Assembly: GCA_043228905.1 (NCBI GenBank)
Contig: JBHGNT010000001.1
Location: forward strand, 9,734,001 to 9,798,000
Length of the DNA: 64,000 nucleotides
Reading direction: 5' to 3'
From: Azolla caroliniana
Lineage: Eukaryota; Plantae; Polypodiophyta
Under the pieces are notes generated by a model. The model searched no databases. It was not told where the DNA came from and worked only from the letters and a program-made list of their open reading frames with translations. Positions 12,540-26,649 of this stretch are shown here, piece by piece. How positions within the stretch are numbered: position 1 is the stretch's first letter; every line of letters begins with the position of its first letter. A program made the translations under genes and the position numbers.

Positions 12540-12737
12540 ATGATGTATGTATGTATAGCATATGCATGTAATGCATGTATGTAATGGTATGCATGTAATG
12601 TATGTATGTATTGGTATGCATGTAATGTATGTATGTATTGGTATGCATGCAATGTATGTATGTATGTATTGGTATGTATCCATGTAATGTATGTAAGTAT
12701 TGGTATGCATGTAAAGTATGTATGTATGTGTATAACA

Positions 12738-12770
<33 letters not shown>
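12540..12770. repeat. (TATG)/(TGCATG)-rich minisatellite followed by (GT)n
   Basis: Repeated GTATGCATGTAATGTATGTATGTATTG-like units ending in a (GT)n run. Confidence 0.85.
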
Positions 12771-12772
<2 letters not shown>

Positions 12773-13999
12773 TATATAGCCTCTTGGATAGGATCGCGAT
12801 GGCGCATTTCCACCGTTTGCAAATCTAGCACACACCATTTGGTTGATACCCATGAAGAATGCAAGAGAAAGAATCGACTCACTCGCACACTCTAGTTTCC
12901 CTTTATAAATGCTCCGATGTTGGCCCAATCCTTCCTTACTAATACATACATACATACATACATACATACATACACCATTGTCGTGTTCTCGACAAGCTTG
13001 CCTTTATCCAATGTCGGTGTCGTGTTTTGGGTCATAATTGGATGCATCCACATGTAGGTAGCCAGTCCTTTGTAATGTGTGGTTACTTATGACGACATTA
13101 CGATCAACAAACAACCATACTTCCACAGACTCGTGAGAGTTTATGAGTTGTAACAAATCAAATATTATGTGCCCTGATATATCTCAAATTTAATAAAAAT
13201 TGGTTGGCTATTGATAATCACAAAGGGACCAATCCCATGTGGCTCCACATCAAGTGTTTGTGTACAACATCGTTGAGTAGGTCGGTTTTTTAAGGCACAA
13301 TTCACAATTATGCACGAGAATCTTTTCTATGAAAACGTGGAACCCTCACATCATATAGAAATGAATTCCAATCCTACACAAGAGTTATATTGAGGTGAGA
13401 TATATCATATGCATATATCTTGCATGTCCATGCTTCAGTTCCAATTGAAATACTTGGGATTTTGTCCCACCTTCTAAGCACCCAATAAAATTTTGATTCC
13501 TCGTTGTCATATTGTGTCATTTTAGTGCTCTTTTTACACCAACCTAAGAGGTTGAAAATTTTCACTCAATGTAATAGTTTATGACTCTTGGCTTGAGAGC
13601 CTTAAGTGCAGTGTTTGATGTGGGTCACCATATTAGATATGTAGGTTTTTGTTGTAGTAGTTTGAATTTTGGCCATTTTAATGTCATGGGTTTATCCTCT
13701 ACATTTTGTATAGTCGTTGAACTTTGATACTTGCACATTGTTTGTATGTCTATAAATAAACAAACATGTGGTGTTTAGGGTCTACACATGAACTTCTAGA
13801 ATACATGCTCCATCAACACGATACGGCATTTCTATAAACTTTTAACGCGAGACACGTATTATTTCATTTTAGTCATTCATGTGGTAAGGTCACACATACC
13901 ATCCATAAGGAAGGCGAATCAAAGACCTATATTTAAACAAAGGGGAATTACTAAATTTTCAAACACTCCTTTAATAGTTAGTAATCCTTCGTATTGGCA

Positions 14000-16900
14000 A
14001 ATACCTGATATTGTCCATGATTATATTCTTGCTTAAGAAAATAGATGCATTCTTATACTCTTGTGCACAAATTACACCGTCTCTTGAAAGCATGTACTTC
14101 GAATGACCCACTAATTCGTAGATGGACATTTCATTGGGTATAATCTAGAAAACTATGTTGTGAACATACATTTAGAGTAAAATTGTATAAATAGAGCTCA
14201 TGCCCTATATTTGCATGCCTCTCTTGCTTATTGGTTCTCTCATTTCTCATGAGAGTACAAAGAGAAACACCATCATTTCCCAAGTTATGAGTGTGCCACT
14301 TCTTTATTGGCTTCATGTTACCTAATCGTTCTTTAGTTGTAGTTAGATGCATCAAATGTGTTATTGTTTCTAAACTACGTTAAATAAATTGACAACTCAA
14401 CGTGCACAATACACATCAAATTATAATGTTCTTGTTCCCATTTATATAGTTGAGGTTATTGATGATCGTTTGATTCATGGTTGTTATGTTGATGTTGCAT
14501 GTTACTTACCCAACATTTTTTATGATTCAAAGTCATAAAAACATAAATTCATGGCATATTCAACTTACTTATCTTCAGTAAACGATAAAGAAGTATACAA
14601 TAAGCCTTGATATGATTGCTTGACGGCAATGGTTTGTTTCAAAGGAGTTTTTAGGTTTTTCATGAAATCATTGCATTACAGACACATATGTTGATGGTTT
14701 TGGAATCGATGTATTATTTTATGCCAACACATTTGCCAATACCATGGGTAATCATGTGGCTTGGAGAAATAAGGCTGATGGTGTCGATAAGAATTTGCAA
14801 GGAAATAATTTGATTCCTCTTATCTTCCAAAATTAGCAAAACTTTAGTGTACATTTTAGAATATGGATGCTCAAGACACGTAAGTCTTGACTTCATAAAA
14901 TGGATGGTAAGAATAAAAAGTACATTTTCATCAACTAGAAGGCATTAACAATGTTAATGAATGTGTTGATATACATATAGAGCTAAATCATGACATCTGC
15001 CTATGGTGATGTGTATAATTTAGAGTTTTCATCCATTGTTTCATTACAATTCAACTAGCTTTCAATAATTGCTTTTAATAATTTCTTTCAATAATTGCTC
15101 TCCAATTACGATGAAGCATTGGGGAGTCACTCACCTATAATATGTTCAACACATAATGTAATTTGCTCCTTGTCTAACAAGGAAATGCTTGCATCATTGA
15201 CTATCCTCCCATGTTGCTATTTTTTATCAGTGCTCTAGAATTTGCATGCAATAAGATATCTTGTTTCCACGATGAACTAACAAACTCAAAATGTGATCCC
15301 AAATGTAGTCATACCATTGGTACCCAATAGCACATGTACCATCTATTACAACACTATGAACATCTCTAAATGAATGAGGTATAACAATTTTTGCAAGTAA
15401 AAATAGTTTGAGACTTGAGTGATTAGAAGACGACATATTGCAAAGACAAAATGAAAAATGTTAATTATCTTATTCATCCAATACCTCGAGGTTCCATTTC
15501 ATGGGATTCCCGTTACCTTTGTTTAGGCAATCTCTCCCATCCCTCGAGTTTTTGGTCCATATGGGAGTCTTAAATGAACTCTTGACCCTCACCTTTTTAA
15601 GAGGGATCACAATTCGTCATTGCCTAAACGACATGGTTATGAAAGTAATATTTCCCCACTTCCAAAAGGTTTTCAATCTCTTTTTGTCACATGTGTTGGC
15701 TTCTTTCATTAATGTAAGCTATATACAACACATGCGTGAAGAACGAAATGGACTATTGGGATGTTCTTTCTATCTTTCTTGGTACCCAATAGCACATGTA
15801 CCATCTATTACAACACTATGAACATCTCTAAATGAATGAGGTATAACAATTTTTGCAAGTAAAAATAGTTTGAGACTTGAGTGATTAGAAGACGACATAT
15901 TGCAAAGACAAAATGAAAAATGTTAATTATCTTATTCATCCAATACCTCGAGGTTCCATTTCATGGGATTCCCGTTACCTTTGTTTAGGCAATCTCTCCC
16001 ATCCCTCGAGTTTTTGGTCCATATGGGAGTCTTAAATGAACTCTTGACCCTCACCTTTTTAAGAGGGATCACAATTCGTCATTGCCTAAACGACATGGTT
16101 ATGAAAGTAATATTTCCCCACTTCCAAAAGGTTTTCAATCTCTTTTTGTCACATGTGTTGGCTTCTTTCATTAATGTAAGCTATATACAACACATGCGTG
16201 AAGAACGAAATGGACTATTGGGATGTTCTTTCTATCTTTCTTGCATATCATGAAAAGCATGACCGAATTTTAGACTAGAACCCAACCTTTTCATATGCAT
16301 TTCCATGGGGTGGAGTGCCTATTATTAATTAAAGTTGATCCATTTTGCCTCTATCAACCATAAATTGCCCAACACCCCCATATTTGCTAAGTACATACTA
16401 GACCCGGAAATTGCACATAGTGTTGGCATCTTGTTACTCAATATGCTCTATTCCACCTAGTTTGTAAGGTATTCTCTTGCTAGCACCAAGTAGTTAATCT
16501 ACCACAACCTCATAAATCATGAGCGTGATACCAACCATTCATTTATAATGCATCATTGAATTTTTCCTCAATTAGGAAGTTGATCAAACTTTGTGCCAAT
16601 AAATGTAGTGGTGTGCAAGTATTGTTTAATGGGCTCATCAATATGGAACCATTATGTCTATATATCACTTGTTCATGAAGTCACACATAGGTGACCTTCG
16701 ACTATATAGTCAATTAGCCATGCTCATGGTTGCGATGCAATTGCATATATGATGACACCTTACAGACTAAGGGCTAACTAGACCCTACATTGACACCTAA
16801 ACTCCCCCATGCATACATTGCATGTTGTAGCACAATAATAGACTAGAAACATCATTGTCATCATAGTTCTAGAGGTCCAATCAAGGGCTGCATAGTTGGT

Positions 16901-17300
16901 CATGTCTTTTGTGTTCATTAGCCCCGAAACTCAATGTGAGTACTTTGGCTTCCTTGTTGGTTATTCAAAGATGATTGAAGAATGGAACGATGATATCATG
17001 CATGGTCTATGATATTATTGACTTCTATAATGATGCAAGATTGATATTGACTAGCGGTAAGGGAAGAGTAATAATTACGTCAAATGTGTTTTGCGCTCCC
17101 ATATAGTTCTACATCAACTTTAGGAATAGTTAATGGCGAGGGTGATCCATTATTAATATAAATAATTTTGAAAACCTCATTGTTTTGACAACTAGAATAT
17201 TGTGGATGAGACATCAAGTTTGAAATTTCAGTTGGGCTAAGAAGACACACAATACACGTATAGAGCTTACAAGTTAAACAAGAAAACTTAATCATTCACT
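14000..17300 (-). mobile_element. Highly decayed Ty1/copia internal region
   Basis: Minus-strand remnants resembling the RT motif IH.MDVKT and the following EDKRN..YVC region near 14800-14910, plus a WH-like GAG-pre-integrase remnant near 16590. Many stops and frameshifts; boundaries approximate. Confidence 0.5.
15317..16243. repeat. Perfect 462-bp direct tandem duplication
   Basis: 15317-15778 repeats at 15779-16240, giving identical ORF translations at 15501 and 15963. TTG microhomology at the junctions. Confidence 0.95.
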
Positions 17301-18428
17301 AGTTGATAGGCATTCACTTTAATTCACTATTTTAGTAAAACATCTATTCCTAAGGCTATTTGTATCACAATGGTTAAGTGACGTAAAAGACAATTCACAT
17401 TGTAGTAAGCTATAAAATACATATAAGTAAACATTTGCTCGATCAGGTTTCATAAAACAACGTGTCATTACTATTAGTATTGTTAATTAAAAGTGCATGT
17501 GCACCCCTAACATAATGGAGTCATTGTGACAACCTAATGCTTATTCAAAATAGGAATGTGAAGTTTTATACTAGCATGTGGGTCTTTTTCCTAAAAGTAA
17601 GGTTGAATTCCCAAGTTCTTGAACTTGAGAACATCATGAGGTTTTAAGTAAATACTTTTGTCCACAATAGTTAAAGTTAATATACCTACTCATGAAACCT
17701 AATGTTTGCAAAAAGATATTGCGCATACATTTTCAAAATCGGTATGTAAGTATAGCATGTGGGTTAAACAATCGAATTGTTAAAGTTGATATTTTACAAA
17801 TTTACAGAAAAAGGGTGCTAATTACAGGGGTATTTAACATTTTGTAAAGAATGTGTTCATGAGATTTGTACACATACGGGATAGAGCTTGAATGTGATTG
17901 ATGTAGGTGTACATCCATAGTAAGTGCCCCTTGAAAATCAATTGTTTTGAAGAAGTTAATACACAACATGATTCCCATATCTAGCCAAATGATGTCGCTA
18001 AAAAAAGTGTAGTAGAGATATGTACAATAAAGAAAACCATTACCTATCTTTGAAACCAAATTGGTCCAATTCACCAAGCCCTCTACCCAAATGTCCGGTC
18101 TCTCCCAAATACTTTATCATGATATCTATTGAATATCGAGAAATCGATGTATTATGAGTGCACAAACAATTTTGAATAGAGTTTTGTTTCCTAAAGCAAA
18201 ACAAGTTTGCTATCTCGAAAATTCAATTGTGTTCCCCAATCTAAAAGATAGAATATATATATATATATATATATATAAATAGTATATACTATCTTTCACG
18301 ATTGGTCTTCCAAGAATTAGGTTGCTAAGTATTATATTTGGACTAGATAAAGGGGAATTACTTTTAGAATTCCCTTAAAAACACTAGGTGAAACAAAGTT
18401 GTCTCTACCTTTAGAACAAGGTCACACA

Positions 18429-18471
<43 letters not shown>

Positions 18472-19371
18472 GAGAGTTAGCAGTTATTATGTCGATGATG
18501 AGAGATTAGGATGGCGAAGGAACAAATAAATCAAATGATATGAATACAGGAACCAAATGGCCGTTCAAACAAATACCCCAAAAAAAGAGAAATCCTTAGG
18601 ATGAGCAAGAGGGGTGAAAGAGAGCTCAAGAAGTCGAGAAAGGCCGACCAAGTTGTGAAATTGCGGGACCCTAGGAAAGATGCCAATGGAAGGAACAAAT
18701 CAATCAAATGAAAGGGTAGAGAGAGAGAGAGAGAGAAAGATATATTAACGTCTTCTAAGGCCAAAATTGGCCCATGAGACAATTGATTTACAGCAAAATG
18801 GGGTATTTATCCAATCATCAAAACTAAAAATAAAATAAAATAAAATAAAATAAAACTTAAAATAAAAGAGCTCTAGTAGTGTACAAAACGTGGTATATTC
18901 GATAAAGGAAGTGACTTTGCATTAAGCCTAATTCATTTCCACCTAAGCCTCTCGAAAAGAAGTTGGAGGTCAAACGGTTTTGGTGTGGGTGTGACCCGTG
19001 GTCCCGGTGTAGAGAGTGCCCAACCATGGCTTCTAGGTGGTGTAGCTCATGTTCCCTTATTTTCTTAATTGCTTCTACACCATGTCGAGTTGCTTTGAAA
19101 CCCGGCATTAGAGGGCGTTTAATTCTTCTTTGGTTTTCTGCTTCATCAAGGAAGAGGCTGAGTGGTGTAGGTGTGTCGACATTCGTTGTCTCCCCCTGTC
19201 CTTGAAAAACTTCATTTGTTACATGTTGGTGAATATTAGAAACATTATTGTCAACATTTTGTAGCTTATTCTCTCTATGTTGTTTTAGCTTTAGGATGTA
19301 TTTGGCTAATTTCTTTATATCTAGAGTGTCTAATAGTTTGGGGAGGGTGGGAGAGGAACCGAGTATGTCTT

Positions 19372-19427
<56 letters not shown>

Positions 19428-22400
19428 GAATAATAAATTGTAGGATAATAGATTTGCACATGGATTCCAAATATTCAACTATACTTAAATTTGGGCATAC
19501 CATGCGTAAATATTCAACTCTGCTTAAATCAAGCTCTAATCTCCTTGGCATATGCATTTCAAATAACGGACATAATTTCGAAGGGGATGAATTATCCATA
19601 TTATAGCTTGAAGAATACATTTGGCATCTAGCGGAGCAATGAGAACATAGATGTATCTTGGGAAACCAAGAGAAAGACTAGAATATTGCATAGTTTTCTC
19701 CTTATCTAAAAAAATTGGTCAAGAGTATATTGATGGACCTTATCCATGTGACAATCCTCTTTATTTAGGAAGCCCCCCACTATTTCAGAGAATGCCTCTT
19801 TCTATATTAAAATGTTGCCATGTAAAACTCCAACAAAAAGGTCGTCAAAGTGAAAATGGTTGACCATATCACTTCTATCCTTGGTGGAGTAAAGTCTAAA
19901 AATAGCTTATAAAATTTTGTTTGTTGTTCCCAAGATCAAATGATTTTTTCTTTGTGAGTGTAGATGTCGTTTCATCACCCATCCACACAGACAGGATTCC
20001 AAAACATGATTTATACAAAAATGGATCAACCTAAATCAACTTGTTCCATTGATGGTCCCGTTGTTATATTTTAGACTTGTAACTATAGGGGTGTTCAAAC
20101 CGAAAAAAGTTGGCCATGTTTACTATTGTCCATGGAAACCTTAACATAGGAAAGGTCAGCCATGAAGCGTAGATCGATAAATGTATGATAGTTCCTCTAT
20201 TCATAATTACTAGTGATTCTACACACCCTCGAAATTGATGCTCTTTCATACTCATCTTAGTAATAGAAACTTGCCCCAATTTATCTCACTCTTTGAAGTG
20301 ACGACAATAACTCAACATTTTCGAGATTCTCAAATGCATATTGTATGTATTTATCATATTTCCAACACCCTTTATACCATATAGAACAGTTGTTCAAAAC
20401 ATAATAAACATGAAATAAAAGGCGCTATGTTGATTGCTACTTTGTGTGCAAAGGATGCACATGCACATTGGATGCACTTTATGTTTCCACACGCACCCAT
20501 TTTATGAACGATAATAATCACAAAACATGTGTCATTTTAATTTGCAATTCTTTTTAACTAGGACACGCAATTAACAATAAATTATTATCGCGCTTTATGT
20601 TTAGAGTCCCCACATGCATACACACTTGAGGCCGGGTAAGTTGTGGGCACAAGTGCCCCATCCACCCAACCACACACAATTTGTTTTTAGGAATCCATTA
20701 TATTATTGGTGGGAAACCCCAAAATGAGGTAAAAGGTTTTAATATGGGGCATAACAATTCTGACCAATGTCAAGAGAGACATTATGAGCATAAAGGGATC
20801 TTTTGAGAGAAACCAAATATTGATTGCCCAAAATTCTGCTAGTAAGGAATACTCGAAAGTGTCCATATAGCCCCATGCAAAAAACATGCCAATGCACTCA
20901 ATAAAAAACCGAAAGAGCAAAACAAACATTGAGGATTTATGTGCAAGGAATCATAAGTTTAGACATTGGTTAATGAGTTGCACTGTAAGTAATATATGGG
21001 GAAGTCTAGAGGCACGCACACTCAATCATGTGTATGCCCTAGTTGGTTGATTGGGTTATGTGTAAAGAATTTAGATATATGAAAAAGACATCTAATTTTA
21101 GAATGATCAGAGCAACTAGTTGATTTATTGCTAGCTTCTTGTTGCCCAACAAAAGAAGTTGACACATACCTTAACACTCCTGCAATCAGTAGTTTGTTTG
21201 ATGGTTTCATCAAGAAAGTTAGTTTACTACAAGCATTGGCATCAAATCTTTAGTTGAATACATTTCAATATGTACGCACAACTTACAAGTAATTTGACAG
21301 TATAGTTTAAAAATTATACATAAATCCCTTAAGGTCTTTCCACTTGTTGTGGCAATCACCCCAAAAAGCAAACAACCACTTCCACAAAATGCCCATATAT
21401 GTTACTCAAAGCACTAAACTAAGTAACAAGAGATACATTTAATTTATTGCAAGCCCAAACGATAAATTCAATGAATTTTTGGCAATACACATGACTGTTG
21501 AATAGGAACATAAAATTGAAAGCCAAGCCAAATCAATAACTATATTTTGGCTCAATTCCTTTGCATTCCAAAACAAATCGAGAGATCTAGTAAGGAAATA
21601 GAGAATGGATTCCATTCATGAAAGATGTGAAACAAGTGAAATTGATGTTCCAATGGATTTATGTTGACTAACAAAACAACGTTGTTTTGGAGAGAAATGG
21701 GCCAGGCCAATTGTTGGCATTGGCAATCGAAACCCAATAGACATAGATACCATTGGAGACTCGAGAGTTGCGAGATCATATGTTGTTAGAAAGCACGTGT
21801 GAAGAGGCTCTAACTCCTGACTCTAATGTTCAGTTATACGTGTGTGTGTGTGTACAAGAGAACTTTTGTTCTTAAAATGAGTAAATTAAAATTTGAAACT
21901 CCAGTCAAGAGTCAAAGGAAGTTGTGCCCACCGATTAATTATTATATTTATTTAGCTAAGAAACTAAAAATAATAATGATATTTTTTTTGGAAAATAAAA
22001 TAAAATAAAAAATAAAAAATAAAAAAGATAAATAATGAATAAAAAAAACAATGTGTGTGTGGAATCCAAAGCTTCTTATTTTTAATTATATTAGCTTTTA
22101 TTCTTTATTTCATTTTATTTTTATCTATTTTCATATCCTATCTTTAGTTCTAGAAATTAACAAAATAAATAAATATTTGAATATACATATGTATATTGTT
22201 TATTTCTCCATTTAAAAATCACAGGAAAAGAATTCCCAGTTTTTGAAGAGAGAATAAATAAATAAAATTCGTATATAATCATTTTAATTAAAGCAATAAA
22301 AATAGTAGTAATATAATATAATTCATTAAAAAGGGTATGTCAGCAATGACTTAGTTTTCAACATAATACATACCTAAATTTGGGAAACTTATTATATAAT

Positions 22401-22513
22401 TTTATTCCTCAATTTTGAATTTTATTATCCTGTTTGTTTATAAACAATCTTATATAGTCCTAAATTACATCCATCCATCCATCCATCCATCCATCCATCC
22501 ATCCATCCATACA

Positions 22514-22545
<32 letters not shown>

Positions 22546-23004
22546 CGTACATGATACATCCAAACTCACGCTTGGACTTAGGAATCCTACCCCCCCCCCC
22601 CCAATTTGTTCTTCTAATATCTCAAACCTTGGTCCTTTCACCTATAGGGGAGTCCACTAACATGGAATCGAGATAATAGGTCCACCTTACTCTCGATAAC
22701 AAGTAGGGAATACGTCTTCATTAATTCCTACAACCGTATGCCTAAATCAACAAGCACCAATTGAACTGGTCGTTGATGTCCTAAGTGTATTTTTGATAGC
22801 TTAGCATGGCACTTTGGCACGTCAAACCTTTGGGGTGGGGGAGGTTATAAAGCACCAATGAAATGATTGCCCTAGCATGAGATTCTCCTTTGTGAGAAAT
22901 ATGAAGCCTCAATGGAAGGTTTACAATATGTGTTTATGTCACAGGTAGGCAAATTATAGGAATTTTAGGAATGATTGAATCTGTAAATAAAACTCCCACT
23001 TGGT

Positions 23005-23092
23005 CATAGCTCTATGAGTACACATTGGATGGGCATTCAATTAAACAACATAGCTCTATGAGTACACATTGGATGGGCATTCAATTAAACAA
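23005..23092. repeat. 44-bp tandem duplication
   Basis: CATAGCTCTATGAGTACACATTGGATGGGCATTCAATTAAACAA x2. Confidence 0.9.
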
Positions 23093-26000
23093 TGTTCCAA
23101 TCTCACTGGTTCCCATAATGTGTTACGACGATATCAAAACCAATTGCAAACAACCCACAAGAAGACATTTGTTGAAACAAATTTGGATCCTGCATGAATG
23201 TGCAACCAAAACTAGGTTATTGTTATCATCTTGGTTTGGAACCCCTACTTGTATGATATTTCCTTGTACCCAACATGTTATACATTTATGGGACATTTAT
23301 ATTCGTGTATATGGATACTATGGAAGAGAATACCACAAATTATATGAAGAATATACTCCCTTCTCTACATTCGTGTGTTAATGTGAAATTTGTAGAATAT
23401 GCTCATGATGCTATGCCGAAAATATAACATGTACGCCTCTATCATACAATTATTTATCACTTATACTTTACATGTCTTATAGACCAATTATTTGTAGTGT
23501 AGCTTTCTTCTAGACAAGTCTAATGAGAAATGGTATTTTCACAACTTTATGAGATGGTTTATCCTTCATGTTGAAAAAAATACTAATCTTACTAGCTTTA
23601 CACCTATATAGCGACTAATCCAATACATTAGAGTCAAGAATAACTACATATAGAGTAATTAAGGAAAATTGATTGAGAGGAGAGTTCCAATGGTAGTCCT
23701 TGGTTAAGATGGAGTTGTTCCCATCTTCCCTTAGCTCCAAGTAATCAAAGTTAACCATTCTCTTGCATACTCGTAGTTGGTGAGTAGAGCTCTACGGTTG
23801 GCAACAAATCCCTAAGTATACTTGTCCTACTCACAGAATGATCTAGGTTTGTTGAGCCAACCAAGGATATCCTCGATATAAAAAGGCTCTAACTACCATG
23901 TATAAGCACATATGTAACTAAGGACGTCTTAGTTAAAGATCCTCCAACTATGTTTGTGACTTGGTCAACTTGGTAACACTTGGCAAACTTGTGGGACAAG
24001 TTATTTGACGAAGTTGATCCGCAATTCCCTTGATACTCCATCAAGTTCCTCATCGATTCAAACCATGAGCACGTGCCAATTGTTCCTTTCCCATATCTAT
24101 ATTTTACACATCCATGGATCTTCTTTTGCTCTCTATTCCCTTGATCCCTTGACATGTCATATATCTTATCAATTCAAACCATGGGCACATGTCAATTGTG
24201 CCTTTTTTATATCTATATTTTTTCACATTCATGGAACCTCTTTCACACTTTGTCCTCTCTTGATGTGTCTTTCACCCTCATCTTCATTTTGTCACGAGCA
24301 CACAAAATGTCATGGGTTCAATGCCAGTCTTTGGCATGATCTTGTAGCTCTTATCCTTCTTATTTATAATACAACTACTTTTATTTTGTCAACGTAGTGC
24401 TATTTTTTGGCTTTGAATCTTGATAGTACAAACTAGAAATTTTCTTTCTTCTTCTTTCATGATTAACATTTTCATAACGATGAAGTACATTAGAAGGAAA
24501 TAATACATCTTCCATTTGCCACCAAGGAGGGTGAAGAAAACATAGCATCAACCAAGCAGGAAGATGATATTATGAATGGAACACTCACATCCACATTGCA
24601 AACAACACTCCGTAGTCCCCATTTTCATATTGAAGTACTTACTCAACAAGACATCTCTATGACCCACCATACCAAACAAGAGACAATGCTCCAAATCAAC
24701 AAGAAGGCAAGATCCCCTCTTTGTACATAAATTAATGATCAAACAACAACCCTTGGAAACTACTCTAGTAACTTTGATAAAGACAAACTTAACAAATACC
24801 TTTGATTAAGTTGACTTATAAATCAACATTCTCAGTGCATTGAATGCCACCACTAACCTTGCATAGCCTAGTTGAAGTCGTGTTAATCTAGGTCAATGGA
24901 CACACCAAGTATAATTTCAAGGGTGTTATAAGAAAAGAAAGAATTAGAAGAGAAAGATTTGGAAAAGGAACTAATTTAGGGTAGGAACACGAGGAATGAT
25001 TTAATTGCATCTTGCCAACATTGTGTAGAACTCCAATAACAACTCACAAAAGGCTAACAAATGGATAAAGCAGAAATATATATCGTCAAAAGGAAAAAAC
25101 AGAATGTCACGAGCAAGTTGACGAATGAAGAAGGCTCAAGATGGAGTGCTAACTAATGTGAGTGGAGTCACCCAAGTGTCATGAAGAAACTCCTAACTAA
25201 TGGGAAAGTAGCTTCTTTTTGGGAAAAAAAGGTGTCATGAATAAACTAAAAAAAGAAATGAGAGCTCAACAATTAATAGTAGAAGGTATGACACAACAAA
25301 CTCAAAATTCCCTAAACAAGCTCACTGAAGTGCAAACAACGTTACATATTTTACCACCACAAGCTAAGGTAGGAAGCACTAAAGTGGAAGATCAATGCGA
25401 TGACAAGAAGAATTGGCATCTGAAAGTGTATGACACACCCAAACTTTGGCCTTCTCTCCCTCATTGTGTCAACAAGGAATGTAAGAGTGTTGGGAATCAT
25501 GAACAAGATAGTTAATCAACAATAAGTCAATCAACAACCTACAGTGATCAAGTACCTTGACCACCCACATTGTAGAGGAATGGGTGGTTGAACCTCTAGG
25601 CTTGTGTTCCCACATGTTATTACCTTGTGGAAATGCAACTGCTTAGACATTTGTAACTTCATACATTTACCCCATGGATTGTCATCCATGTGCACCATTT
25701 CCTAAATCCTTTTCTTTGGGATAAGTGAGAGATTGCCCTTAAACTTAGCACATAGATATAAGGTTAAAAACCACAAGAAGTTCAAGTTTTCTTTTGCCTG
25801 CAACTAACACATAGGGTTGTGCCCCAACCCAATCCATCTACTCCAGATGAAATGCATAATAAACAAAGAGTTAATTGTTCCTTTGTGAACTCCCACCCCC
25901 TCGAATGTCGATTATGTGTGCAATGGTCAATGGGCTTGTAATGCAAAAGGGACCCATTAGGGTTTCCAACTTGCATAAAAATGCAAGAGCTCTAATGTAA

Positions 26001-26649
26001 AAACGACATTTGGGTGTCCCAACTTTGGGGCTACCCTTTGGTTCACATTCTCTTCCTTTTGCATCCATTAAAATCCAATTTCCTCTATGTAACCTTTCCG
26101 CACCAATTAATTGAGATATATATGTTTTTTATTTGGTCATTATCTACTTAATTGAGATACCTCGTACATTTATTATATAATAATGATCTATTTAATCAAT
26201 ACAATCATATTTCTTAATTAGTGTAGTGATTATGTGTGTTAATTCAACATTGACTTAAGAAACCATGAGGCTTTCAGCAGACACATGGAGTGGAGAGGTA
26301 AGTGATTTTATGTCTTGATGTATGACATGGTCTTTACCACTCGGGAGTAATGTCCTCCAATCCTTCGGCTAGGTCTTAGAGAGGAAGGTGACCCTCGGGA
26401 CTTAGTAGTGACCCTTGGAAGTCCAACACTCCAAGGTATGAGTCATGTTGGCCCTTCTCGAAAATCACAATTCATAGTCCAACACCTACCCCGATTAGTT
26501 GTGGTGATTGCACATCATTTATATGTAGTTGGAGTTTTACTAGTTTCACTTCTTTTAATTGGATGTTCTCGTTTATTTCTTATTGTAATTACAAGATAAT
26601 GCCACCTTTCATCAATAATAATGGTAAATTTGGAATTGTTTCATTAATA

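Noticed and set aside
12445-12967. Long His/Thr/Tyr-rich ORFs
   Set aside because: Artefacts of TATG/CA microsatellites.
18531-21800. 200-aa ORF at 18857-19459 and possible decayed transposon
   Set aside because: The ORF includes a (CT)n translation and no recognisable domain. TE identity could not be supported by eye.
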